From Eledone cirrhosa (lineage: Eukaryota): a stretch of 64,000 nt of DNA. The notes beneath the pieces were generated by a model. That model was not told where the DNA came from and did no database searches. It saw only the letters and a program-made list of their open reading frames with translations. Of this stretch, positions 1-15,000 are shown piece by piece. The DNA lies in contig CAXHJY010000105.1 in assembly GCA_964016885.1 (NCBI GenBank), positions 744,001-808,000 of the forward strand. The letters run 5' to 3'. The position numbers and the translations under genes are program-made. The first letter of the stretch is position 1; each line of letters opens with the position of its first letter.

Positions 1-3000
1 GATGTGTGACAAGTGTTTGTGGACAGTTGATACTAGGACATCACCAGCAACAAGTGATGTGTGACAAGTGTTTGTGGACAGTTGATACCAGGACATCACC
101 ACCAACAAATGTGTGACAAGTGATACCAGGACATCACCACCAACAAATGATGTGTGACAAGTGTTTGTGGACAGTTGATACCAGGACATCACCTCCAACA
201 AGTGATGTGTGACAAGTGTTTGTGGACAGTTGATACCAGGACATCACCAGCAACAAGTGATGTGTGACAAGTGTTTGTGGACAGTTGATACCAGGACATC
301 ACCACCAGCAAATGATGCGTGACAACTGTTTGTGGACAGTTGATACCAGGACATCACCTCCAACAAGTGATGTGTGACAACTGTTTGTGGACAGTTGATA
401 CCAGGACATCACCTCCAACAAGTGATGTGTGACAACTATTTGTGGACAGTTGATACCAGTACATCACCACCAACAAATGATGTGTGACAACTGTTTGTGG
501 ACAGTTGATACCAGGACATCACCTCCAACAAATGATGTGTGACAAGTGTTTGTGGACAGTTGATACCAGGACATCACCACCAACAAATGTGTGACAAGTG
601 ATACCAGGACATCACCACCAACAAATGATGTGTGACAAGTGTTTGTGGACAGTTGATACCAGGACATCACCTCCAACAAGTGATGTGTGACAACTGTTTG
701 TGGACAGTTGATACCAGGACATCACCTCCAACAAGTGATGTGTGACAACTGTTTGTGGACAGTTGATACCAGGACATCACCACCAACAAATGATGTGTGA
801 CAACTGTTTGTGGACAGTTGATACCAGGACATCACCTCCAACAAGTGATGTGTGACAACTGTTTGTGGACAGTTGATACCAGGACATCACCTCCAACAAG
901 TGATGTGTGACAACTGTTTGTGGACAGTTGATACCAGTACATCACCACCAACAAATGATGTGTGACAACTGTTTGTGGACAGTTGATACCAGGACATCAC
1001 CTCCAACAAATGATGTGTGACAAGTGTTTGTGGACAGTTGATACCAGGACATCACCAGCAACAAGTGATGTGTGACAACTGTTTGTGGACAGTTGATACC
1101 AGGACATCAGCTCCAACAAGTGATGTGTGACAACTGTTTGTGGACAGTTGATACCAGGACATCACCAGCAACAAGTGATGTGTGACAACTGTTTGTGGAC
1201 AGTTGATACCAGGACATCACCTCCAACAAGTGATGTGTGACAACTGTTTGTGGATAGTTGATGCCAGGACATCACCAGCAACAAGTGATGTGTGACAACT
1301 GTTTGTGGACAGTTGATACCAGGACATCACCACCAACAAGTGATGTGTGACAACTGTTTGTGGACAGTTGATACCAGGACATCACCTCCAACAAGTGATG
1401 TGTGACAACTGTTTGTGGACAGTTGATACCAGGACATCACCTCCAACAAGTGATGTGTGACAAGTGTTTGTGGACAGTTGATACCAGGACATCACCACCA
1501 GCAAATGATGTGTGACAACTGTTTGTGGACAGTTGATACCAGGACATCACCTCCAACAAGTGATGTGTGACAACTGTTTGTGGACAGTTGATACCAGGAC
1601 ATCACCTCCAACAAGTGATGTGTGACAACTGTTTGTGGACAGTTGATACCAGTACATCACCACCAACAAATGATGTGTGACAACTGTTTGTGGACAGTTG
1701 ATACCAGGACATCACCTCCAACAAATGATGTGTGACAAGTGTTTGTGGACAGTTGATACCAGGACATCACCACCAACAAATGTGTGACAAGTGATACCAG
1801 TACATCACCACCAACAAATGATGTGTGACAAGTGTTTGTGGACAGTTGATACCAGGACATCACCTCCAACAAGTGATGTGTGACAACTGTTTGTGGACAG
1901 TTGATACCAGGACATCACCACCAACAAATGATGTGTGACAACTGTTTGTGGACAGTTGATACCAGGACATCACCTCCAACAAGTGATGTGTGACAACTGT
2001 TTGTGGACAGTTGATACCAGGACATCACCTCCAACAAGTGATGTGTGACAACTGTTTGTGGACAGTTGATACCAGTACATCACCACCAACAAATGATGTG
2101 TGACAACTGTTTGTGGACAGTTGATACCAGGACATCACCTCCAACAAATGATGTGCGACAAGTGTTTGTGGACAGTTGATACCAGCACATCACCACCAAC
2201 AAATGTGTGACAAGTGATACCAGGATATCACCACCAACAAATGATGTGTGACAAGTGTTTGTGGACAGTTGATACCAGGACATCACCTCCAACAAGTGAT
2301 GTGTGACAAGTGTTTGTAGACAGTTGATACCAGGACATCACCAGCAACAAGTGATGTGTGACAAGTGTTTGTGGACAGTTGATACCAGGACATCACCACC
2401 AGCAAATGATGTGTGACAACTGTTTGTGGACAGTTGATACCAGGACATCACCTCCAACAAGTGATGTGTGACAACTGTTTGTGGACAGTTGATACCAGGA
2501 CATCACCTCCAACAAGTGATGTGTGACAACTGTTTGTGGACAGTTGATACCAGTACATCACCACCAACAAATGATGTGTGACAACGGTTTGTGGACAGTT
2601 GATACCAGGACATCACCTCCAACAAGTGATGTGTGACAACTGTTTGTGGACAGTTGATACCAGGACATCACCACCAACAGGTGATGTGTGACAACTGTTT
2701 GTGGACAGTTGATACTAGGACATCACCAGCAACAAGTGATGTGTGACAAGTGTTTGTGGACAGTTGATACCAGGACATCACCAGCAACAAGTGATGTGTG
2801 ACAACTGTTTGTGGACAGTTGATACCAGGACATCACCAACAACAGGTGATGTGTGACAACTGTTTGTGGACAGTTGATACCAGGACATCACCACCAACAA
2901 ATGATGTGTGACAAGTGTTTGTGAACAGTTGATACCAGGACATCACCTCCAACAAGTGATGTGTGACAACTGTTTGTGGACAGTTGATACTAGGACATCA

Positions 3001-6000
3001 CCAGCAACAAGTGATGTGTGACAAGTGTTTGTGGACAGTTGATACCAGGACATCACCTCCAACAAGTGATGTGTGACAAGTGTTTGTGGACAGTTGATAC
3101 TAGGACATCACCAGCAACAAGTGATGTGTGACAAGTGTTTGTGGACAGTTGATACCAGGACATCACCACCAACAAATGTGTGACAAGTGATACCAGGACA
3201 TCACCACCAACAAATGATGTGTGACAAGTGTTTGTGGACAGTTGATACCAGGACATCACCTCCAACAAGTGATGTGTGACAAGTGTTTGTGGACAGTTGA
3301 TACCAGGACATCACCAGCAACAAGTGATGTGTGACAAGTGTTTGTGGACAGTTGATACCAGGACATCACCACCAGCAAATGATGCGTGACAACTGTTTGT
3401 GGACAGTTGATACCAGGACATCACCTCCAACAAGTGATGTGTGACAACTGTTTGTGGACAGTTGATACCAGGACATCACCTCCAACAAGTGATGTGTGAC
3501 AACTATTTGTGGACAGTTGATACCAGTACATCACCACCAACAAATGATGTGTGACAACTGTTTGTGGACAGTTGATACCAGGACATCACCTCCAACAAAT
3601 GATGTGTGACAAGTGTTTGTGGACAGTTGATACCAGGACATCACCACCAACAAATGTGTGACAAGTGATACCAGGACATCACCACCAACAAATGATGTGT
3701 GACAAGTGTTTGTGGACAGTTGATACCAGGACATCACCTCCAACAAGTGATGTGTGACAACTGTTTGTGGACAGTTGATACCAGGACATCACCTCCAACA
3801 AGTGATGTGTGACAACTGTTTGTGGACAGTTGATACCAGGACATCACCACCAACAAATGATGTGTGACAACTGTTTGTGGACAGTTGATACCAGGACATC
3901 ACCTCCAACAAGTGATGTGTGACAACTGTTTGTGGACAGTTGATACCAGGACATCACCTCCAACAAGTGATGTGTGACAACTGTTTGTGGACAGTTGATA
4001 CCAGTACATCACCACCAACAAATGATGTGTGACAACTGTTTGTGGACAGTTGATACCAGGACATCACCTCCAACAAATGATGTGTGACAAGTGTTTGTGG
4101 ACAGTTGATACCAGCACATCACCACCAACAAATGTGTGACAAGTGATACCAGGATATCACCACCAACAAATGATGTGTGACAACTGTTTGTGGACAGTTG
4201 ATACCAGGACATCACCTCCAACAAGTGATGTGTGACAAGTGTTTGTAGACAGTTGATACCAGGACATCACCAGCAACAAGTGATGTGTGACAAGTGTTTG
4301 TGGACAGTTGATACCAGGACATCACCACCAGCAAATGATGTGTGACAACTGTTTGTGGACAGTTGATACCAGGACATCACCTCCAACAAGTGATGTGTGA
4401 CAACTGTTTGTGGACAGTTGATACCAGGACATCACCTCCAACAAGTGATGTGTGACAACTGTTTGTGGACAGTTGATACCAGTACATCACCACCAACAAA
4501 TGATGTGTGACAACTGTTTGTGGAGAGTTGATACCAGGACATCACCTCCAACAAATGATGTGTGACAAGTGTTTGTGGACAGTTGATACCAGGACATCAC
4601 CAGCAACAAGTGATGTGTGACAACTGTTTGTGGACAGTTGATACCAGGACATCAGCTCCAACAAGTGATGTGTGACAACTGTTTGTGGACAGTTGATACC
4701 AGGACATCACCAGCAACAAGTGATGTGTGACAACTGTTTGTGGACAGTTGATACCAGGACATCACCTCCAACAAGTGATGTGTGACAACTGTTTGTGGAT
4801 AGTTGATGCCAGGACATCACCAGCAACAAGTGATGTGTGACAACTGTTTGTGGACAGTTGATACCAGGACATCACCACCAACAAGTGATGTGTGACAACT
4901 GTTTGTGGACAGTTGATACCAGGACATCACCTCCAACAAGTGATGTGTGACAACTGTTTGTGGACAGTTGATACCAGGACATCACCTCCAACAAGTGATG
5001 TGTGACAACTGTTTGTGGACAGTTGATACCAGGACATCACCTCCAACAAGTGATGTGTGACAACTGTTTGTGGACAGTTGATACCAGGACATCACCTCCA
5101 ACAAGTGATGTGTGACAACTGTTTGTGGAAAGTTGATACCAGGACATCACCTCCAACAAGTGATGTGTGACAACTGTTTGTGGACAGTTGATACCAGGAC
5201 ATCACCTCCAACAAGTGATGTGTGACAACTGTTTGTCGACAGTTGATACCAGGACATCACCTCCAACAAGTGATGTGTGACAACTGTTTGTGGACAGTTG
5301 ATACCAGGACATCAGCTCCAACAAGTGATGTGTGACAAGTGTTTGTGGACAGTTGATACTAGGACATCACCTCCAACAAGTGATGTGTGACAAGTGTTTG
5401 TGGACAGTTGATACCAGGACATCACCTCCAACAAGTGATGTGTGACAAGTGTTTGTGGACAGTTGATGCCAGGACATCACCTCCAACAAGTGATGTGTGA
5501 CAACTGTTTGTGGACAGTTGATACCAGGACATCACCTCCAACAAGTGATGTGTGACAACTGTTTGTGGACAGTTGATACCAGGACATCACCAGTAACAAG
5601 TGATGTGTGACAACTGTTTGTGGACAGTTGATACCAGGACATCACCTCCAACAAGTGATGTGTGACAACTGTTTGTGGACAGTTGATACCAGGACATCAC
5701 CTCCAACAAGTGATGTGTGACAACTGTTTGTGGACAGTTGATACCAGGACATCACCAGTAACAAGTGATGTGTGACAACTGTTTGTGGACAGTTGATACC
5801 AGGACATCACCTCCAACAAGTGATGTGTGACAACTGTTTGTGGACAGTTGATACCAGGACATCACCAGCAACAAGTGATGTGTGACAAGTGTTTGTGGAC
5901 AGTTGGTACCAGGACATCACCACCAACAAATGATGTGTGACAAGTGTTTGTGGACAGTTGATACCAGGACATCACCTCCAACAAGTGATGTGTGACAAGT

Positions 6001-9000
6001 GTTTGTGGACAGTTGATACTAGGACATCACCAGCAACAAGTGATGTGTGACAAGTGTTTGTGGACAGTTGATACCAGGACATCACCACCAACAAATGTGT
6101 GACAAGTCATACCAGGACATCACCACCAACAAATGATGTGTGACAAGTGTTTGTGGACAGTTGATACCAGGACATCACCTCCAACAAGTGATGTGTGACA
6201 ACTGTTTGTGGACAGTTGATACCAGGACATCACCACCAACAAATGATGTGTGACAACTGTTTGTGGACAGTTGATACCAGGACATCACCTCCAACAAGTG
6301 ATGTGTGACAACTGTTTGTGGACAGTTGATACCAGGACATCACCACCAACAAATGATGTGTGACAACTGTTTGTGGACAGTTGATACCAGGACATCACCT
6401 CCAACAAATGATGTGTGACAAGTGTTTGTGGACAGTTGATACCAGGACATCACCACCAACAAATGTGTGACAAGTGATACCAGGACATCACCACCAACAA
6501 ATGATGTGTGACAAGTGTTTGTGGACAGTTGATACCAGGACATCACCTCCAACAAGTGATGTGTGACAAGTGTTTGTGGACAGTTGATACCAGGACATCA
6601 CCAGCAACAAGTGATGTGTGACAAGTGTTTGTGGACAGTTGATACCAGGACATCGCCAGCAACAAGTGATGTGTGACAACTGTTTGTGGACAGTTGAAAC
6701 CAGGACATCACCTCCAACAAGTGATGTGTGACAACTGTTTGTGGACAGTTGATACCAGGACATCACCAGCAACAAGTGATGTGTGACAACTGTTTGTGGA
6801 CAGTTGATACCAGGACATCACCACCAACAAGTGATGTGTGACAACTGTTTGTGGACAGTTGATACCAGGACATCACCTCCAACAAGTGATGTGTGACAAC
6901 TGTTTGTGGACAGTTGATACCAGGACATCACCTCCAACAAGTGATGTGTGACAACTGTTTGTGGACAGTTGATACCAGGACATCAGCTCCAACAAGTGAT
7001 GTGTGACAAGTGTTTGTGGACAGTTGATACTAGGACATCACCTCCAACAAGTGATGTGTGACAAGTGTTTGTGGACAGTTGATACCAGGACATCACCTCC
7101 AACAAGTGATGTGTGACAACTGTTTGTGGACAGTTGATACCAGGACATCACCACCAACAAGTGATGTGTGACAACTGTTTGTGGACAGTTGATACCAGGA
7201 CATCACCTCCAACAAGTGATGTGTGACAACTGTTTGTGGACAGTTGATACCAGGACATCACCAGCAACAAGTGATGTGTGACAACTGTTTGTGGACAGTT
7301 GATACCAGGACATCACCTCCAACAAATGATCTGTGACAAGTGTTTGTGGACAGTTGATACCAGGACATCACCAGCAACAAGTGATGTGTGACAACTGTTT
7401 GTGGTCAGTTGATACCAGGACATCACCACCAACAGGTGATGTGTGACAACTGTTTGTGGACAGTTGATACCAGGACATCACCACCAACAAATGATGTGTG
7501 ACAACTGTTTGTGGACAGTTGATACCAGGACATCACCTCCAACAAGTGATGTGTGACAACTGTTTGTGGAGAGTTGATACCAGGACATCACCTCCAACAA
7601 ATGATGTGTGACAACTGTTTGTGGACAGTTGATACCAGGACATCACCTCCAACAAGTGATGTGTGACAACTGTTTGTGGACAGTTGAAACCAGGACATCA
7701 CCTCCAACAAGTGATGTGTGACAACTGTTTGTGGACAGTTGATACCAGGACATCACCAGCAACAAGTGATGTGTGACAAGTGTTTGTGGACAGTTGGTAC
7801 CAGGACATCACCACCAACAAATGATGTGTGACAAGTGTTTGTGGACAGTTGATACCAGGACATCACCTCCAACAAGTGATGTGTGACAAGTGTTTGTGGA
7901 CAGTTGATACTAGGACATCACCAGCAACAAGTGATGTGTGACAAGTGTTTGTGGACAGTTGATACCAGGACATCACCACCAACAAATGTGTGACAAGTCA
8001 TACCAGGACATCACCACCAACAAATGATGTGTTACAAGTGTTTGTGGACAGTTGATACCAGGACATCACCTCCAACAAGTGATGTGTGACAAGTGTTTGT
8101 GGACAGTTGATACCAGGACATCACCACCAACAAATGATGTGTGACAAGTGTTTGTGGACAGTTGATACCAGGACATCACCTCCAACAAGTGATGTGTGAC
8201 AAGTGTTTGTGGACAGTTGGTACCAGGACATCACCACCAACAAATGATGTGTGAAAAGTGTTTGTGGACAGTTGATACCAGGACATCACCAGCAACAAGT
8301 GATGTGTGACAAGTGTTTGTGGACAGTTGATACCAGGACATCACCACCAGCAAATGATGTGTGACAACTGTTTGTGGACAGTTGATACCAGGACATCACC
8401 TCCAACAAGTGATGTGTGACAACTGTTTGTGGACAGTTGATACCAGGACATCACCTCCAACAAGTGATGTGTGACAACTGTTTGTGGACAGTTGATACCA
8501 GTACATCACCACCAACAAATGATGTGTGACAACTGTTTGTGGACAGTTGATACCAGGACATCACCTCCAACAAATGATGTGTGACAAGTGTTTGTGGACA
8601 GTTGATACCAGGACATCACCACCAACAAATGTGTGACAAGTGATACCAGTACATCACCACCAACAAATGATGTGTGACAAGTGTTTGTGGACAGTTGATA
8701 CCAGGACATCACCTCCAACAAGTGATGTGTGACAACTGTTTGTGGACAGTTGATACCAGGACATCACCACCAACAAATGATGTGTGACAACTGTTTGAGG
8801 ACAGTTGATACCAGGACAGCACCTCCAACAAGTGATGTGTGACAACTGTTTGTGGACAGTTGATACCAGGACATCACCACCAACAAGTGATGTGTGACAA
8901 CTGTTTGTGGACAGTTGATACCAGGACATCAGCTCCAACAAGTGATGTGTGACAAGTGTTTGTGGACAGTTGATACCAGGACATCACCACCAACAAGTGA

Positions 9001-12000
9001 TGTGTGACAAGTGTTTGTGGACAGTTGATACCAGGACATCACCTCCAACAAGTGATGTGTGACAACTGTTTGTGGACAGTTGATACCAGTACATCACCAC
9101 CAACAAATGATGTGTGACAACTGTTTGTGGACAGTTGATACCAGGACATCACCTCCAACAAATGATGTGCGACAAGTGTTTGTGGACAATTGATACCAGC
9201 ACATCACCACCAACAAATGTGTGACAAGTGATACCAGGATATCACCACCAACAAATGATGTGTGACAAGTGTTTGTGGACAGTTGATACCAGGACATCAC
9301 CTCCAACAAGTGATGTGTGACAAGTGTTTGTAGACAGTTGATACCAGGACATCACCAGCAACAAGTGATGTGTGACAAGTGTTTGTGGACAGTTGATACC
9401 AGGACATCACCACCAGCAAATGATGTGTGACAACTGTTTGTGGACAGTTGATACCAGGACATCACCTCCAACAAGTGATGTGTGACAACTGTTTGTGGAC
9501 AGTTGATACCAGGACATCACCTCCAACAAGTGATGTGTGACAACTGTTTGTGGACAGTTGATACCAGTACATCACCACCAACAAATGATGTGTGACAACT
9601 GTTTGTGGACAGTTGATACCAGGACATCACCTCCAACAAGTGATGTGTGACAACTGTTTGTGGACAGTTGATACCAGGACATCACCACCAACAGGTGATG
9701 TGTGACAACTGTTTGTGGACAGTTGATACTAGGACATCACCAGCAACAAGTGATGTGTGACAAGTGTTTGTGGACAGTTGATACCAGGACATCACCAGCA
9801 ACAAGTGATGTGTGACAACTGTTTGTGGACAGTTGATACCAGGACATCACCACCAACAGGTGATGTGTGACAACTGTTTGTGGACAGTTGATACCAGGAC
9901 ATCACCACCAACAAATGATGTGTGACAAGTGTTTGTGAACAGTTGATACCAGGACATCACCTCCAACAAGTGATGTGTGACAACTGTTTGTGGACAGTTG
10001 ATACTAGGACATCACCAGCAACAAGTGATGTGTGACAAGTGTTTGTGGACAGTTGATACCAGGACATCACCTCCAACAAGTGATGTGTGACAAGTGTTTG
10101 TGGACAGTTGATACTAGGACATCACCAGCAACAAGTGATGTGTGACAAGTGTTTGTGGACAGTTGATACCAGGACATCACCACCAACAAATGTGTGACAA
10201 GTGATACCAGGACATCACCACCAACAAATGATGTGTGACAAGTGTTTGTGGACAGTTGATACCAGGACATCACCTCCAACAAGTGATGTGTGACAAGTGT
10301 TTGTGGACAGTTGATACCAGGACATCACCAGCAACAAGTGATGTGTGACAAGTGTTTGTGGACAGTTGATACCAGGACATCACCACCAGCAAATGATGTG
10401 TGACAACTGTTTGTGGACAGTTGATACCAGGACATCACCTCCAACAAGTGATGTGTGACAACTGTTTGTGGACAGTTGATACCAGGACATCACCTCCAAC
10501 AAGTGATGTGTGACAACTATTTGTGGACAGTTGATACCAGTACATCACCACCAACAAATGATGTGTGACAACTGTTTGTGGACAGTTGATACCAGGACAT
10601 CACCTCCAACAAATGATGTGTGACAAGTGTTTGTGGACAGTTGATACCAGGACATCACCACCAACAAATGTGTGACAAGTGATACCAGGACATCACCACC
10701 AACAAATGATGTGTGACAAGTGTTTGTGGACAGTTGATACCAGGACATCACCTCCAACAAGTGATGTGTGACAACTGTTTGTGGACAGTTGATACCAGGA
10801 CAACACCTCCAACAAGTGATGTGTGACAACTGTTTGTGGACAGTTGATACCAGGACATCACCACCAACAAATGATGTGTGACAACTGTTTGTGGACAGTT
10901 GATACCAGGACATCACCTCCAACAAGTGATGTGTGACAACTGTTTGTGGACAGTTGATACCAGGACATCACCTCCAACAAGTGATGTGTGACAACTGTTT
11001 GTGGACAGTTGATACCAGTACATCACCACCAACAAATGATGTGTGACAACTGTTTGTGGACAGTTGATACCAGGACATCACCTCCAACAAATGATGTGTG
11101 ACAAGTGTTTGTGGACAGTTGATACCAGCACATCACCACCAACAAATGTGTGACAAGTGATACCAGGATATCACCACCAACAAATGATGTGTGACAAGTG
11201 TTTGTGGACAGTTGATACCAGGACATCACCTCCAACAAGTGATGTGTGACAAGTGTTTGTAGACAGTTGATACCAGGACATCACCAGCAACAAGTGATGT
11301 GTGACAAGTGTTTGTGGACAGTTGATACCAGGACATCACCACCAGCAAATGATGTGTGACAACTGTTTGTGGACAGTTGATACCAGGACATCACCTCCAA
11401 CAAGTGATGTGTGACAACTGTTTGTGGACAGTTGATACCAGGACATCACCTCCAACAAGTGATGTGTGACAACTGTTTGTGGACAGTTGATACCAGTACA
11501 TCACCACCAACAAATGATGTGTGACAACTGTTTGTGGACAGTTGATACCAGGACATCACCTCCAACAAATGATGTGTGACAAGTGTTTGTGGACAGTTGA
11601 TACCAGGACATCACCAGCAACAAGTGATGTGTGACAACTGTTTGTGGACAGTTGAAACCAGGACATCACCTCCAACAAGTGATGTGTGACAACTGTTTGT
11701 GGACAGTTGATACCAGGACATCACCAGCAACAAGTGATGTGTGACAACTGTTTGTGGACAGTTGATACCAGGACATCACCTCCAACAGGTGATGTGTGAC
11801 AACTGTTTGTGGACAGTTGATACCAGGACATCACCTCCAACAAGTGATGTGTGACAACTGTTTGTGGACAGTTGATACCAGGACATCACCTCCAACAAGT
11901 GATGTGTGACAACTGTTTGTGGACAGTTGATACCAGGACATCACCTCCAACAAGTGATGTGTGACAACTGTTTGTGGACAGTTGATACCAGGACGTCACC

Positions 12001-15000
12001 TCCAACAAGTGATGTGTGACAACTGTTTGTGGACAGTTGATACCAGGACATCACCTCCAACAAGTGATGTGTGACAACTGTTTGTGGACAGTTGATACCA
12101 GCACATCAGCTCCAACAAGTGATGTGTGACAAGTGTTTGTGGACAGTTGATACTAGGACATCACCTCCAACAAGTGATGTGTGACAAGTGTTTGTGGACA
12201 GTTGATACCAGGACATCACCTCCAACAAGTGATGTGTGACAACTGTTTGTGGATAGTTGATGCCAGGACATCACCAGCAACAAGTGATGTGTGACAACTG
12301 TTTGTGGACAGTTGATACCAGGACATCACCTCCAACAAGTGATGTGTGACAACTGTTTGTGGACAGTTGATACCAGGACATCACCTCCAACAAGTGATGT
12401 GTGACAACTGTTTGTGGACAGTTGATACCAGGACATCACCTCCAACAAGTGATGTGTGACAACTGTTTGTGGACAGTTGATACCAGGACATCACCTCCAA
12501 CAAGTGATGTGTGACAACTGTTTGTGGACAGTTGATACCAGGACATCACCACCAACAAGTGATGTGTGACAACTGTTTGTGGACAGTTGATACCAGGACA
12601 TCACCTCCAACAAGTGATGTGTGACAACTGTTTGTGGACAGTTGATACCAGGACATCAGCTCCAACAAGTGATGTGTGACAAGTGTTTGTGGACAGTTGA
12701 TACTAGGACATCACCTCCAACAAGTGATGTGTGACAAGTGTTTGTGGACAGTTGATACCAGGACATCACCTCCAACAAGTGATGTGTGACAAGTGTTTGT
12801 GGACAGTTGATGCCAGGACATCACCTCCAACAAGTGATGTGTGACAACTGTTTGTGGACAGTTGATACCAGGACATCACCTCCAACAAGTGATGTGTGAC
12901 AACTGTTTGTGGACAGTTGATACCAGGACATCACCTCCAACAAGTGATGTGTGACAACTGTTTGTGGACAGTTGATACCAGGACATCACCAGTAACAAGT
13001 GATGTGTGACAACTGTTTGTGGACAGTTGATACCAGGACATCACCTCCAACAAGTGATGTGTGACAACTGTTTGTGGACAGTTGATACCAGGACATCACC
13101 AGCAACAAGTGATGTGTGACAAGTGTTTGTGGACAGTTGGTACCAGGACATCACCACCAACAAATGATGTGTGACAAGTGTTTGTGGACAGTTGATACCA
13201 GGACATCACCTCCAACAAGTGATGTGTGACAAGTGTTTGTGGACAGTTGATACTAGGACATCACCAGCAACAAGTGATGTGTGACAAGTGTTTGTGGACA
13301 GTTGATACCAGGACATCACCACCAACAAATGTGTGACAAGTCATACCAGGACATCACCACCAACAAATGATGTGTGACAAGTGTTTGTGGACAGTTGATA
13401 CCAGGACATCACCTCCAACAAGTGATGTGTGACAACTGTTTGTGGACAGTTGATACCAGGACATCACCACCAACAAATGATGTGTGACAACTGTTTGTGG
13501 ACAGTTGATACCAGGACATCACCTCCAACAAGTGATGTGTGACAACTGTTTGTGGACAGTTGATACCAGGACATCACCACCAACAAATGATGTGTGACAA
13601 CTGTTTGTGGACAGTTGATACCAGGACATCACCTCCAACAAATGATGTGTGACAAGTGTTTGTGGACAGTTGATACCAGGACATCACCACCAACAAATGT
13701 GTGACAAGTGATACCAGGACATCACCACCAACAAATGATGTGTGACAACTGTTTGTGGACAGTTGATACCAGGACATCACCTCCAACAAGTGATGTGTGA
13801 CAACTGTTTGTGGACAATTGATACCAGGACATCACCTCCAACAAGTGATGTGTGACAAGTGTTTGTGGACAGTTGATACCAGGACATCACCAGCAACAAG
13901 TGATGTGTGACAAGTGTTTGTGGACAGTTGATACCAGGACATCACCAGCAACAAGTGATGTGTGACAACTGTTTGTGGACAGTTGAAACCAGGACATCAC
14001 CTCCAACAAGTGATGTGTGACAACTGTTTGTGGACAGTTGATACCAGGACATCACCAGCAACAAGTGATGTGTGACAACTGTTTGTGGACAGTTGATACC
14101 AGGACATCACCACCAACAAGTGATGTGTGACAACTGTTTGTGGACAGTTGATACCAGGACATCACCTCCAACAAGTGATGTGTGACAACTGTTTGTGGAC
14201 AGTTGATACCAGGACATCACCTCCAACAAGTGATGTGTGACAACTGTTTGTGGACAGTTGATACCAGGACATCAGCTCCAACAAGTGATGTGTGACAAGT
14301 GTTTGTGGACAGTTGATACTAGGACATCACCTCCAACAAGTGATGTGTGACAAGTGTTTGTGGACAGTTGATACCAGGACATCACCTCCAACAAGTGATG
14401 TGTGACAACTGTTTGTGGACAGTTGATACCAGGACATCACCACCAACAAGTGATGTGTGACAACTGTTTGTGGACAGTTGATACCAGGACATCACCTCCA
14501 ACAAGTGATGTGTGACAACTGTTTGTGGACAGTTGATACCAGGACATCACCAGCAACAAGTGATGTGTGACAACTGTTTGTGGACAGTTGATACCAGGAC
14601 ATCACCAGTAACAAGTGATGTGTGACAACTGTTTGTGGACAGTTGATACCAGGACATCACCTCCAACAAGTGATGTGTGACAACTGTTTGTGGACAGTTG
14701 ATACCAGGACATCACCACCAACAGGTGATGTGTGACAACTGTTTGTGGACAGTTGATACTAGGACATCACCAGCAACAAGTGATGTGTGACAAGTGTTTG
14801 TGGACAGTTGAGACCAGGACATCACCAGCAACAAGTGATGTGTGACAACTGTTTGTGGACAGTTGATACCAGGACATCACCACCAACAGGTGATGTGTGA
14901 CAACTGTTTGTGGACAGTTGATACCAGGACATCACCACCAACAAATGATGTGTGACAAGTGTTTGTGAACAGTTGATACCAGGACATCACCTCCAACAAG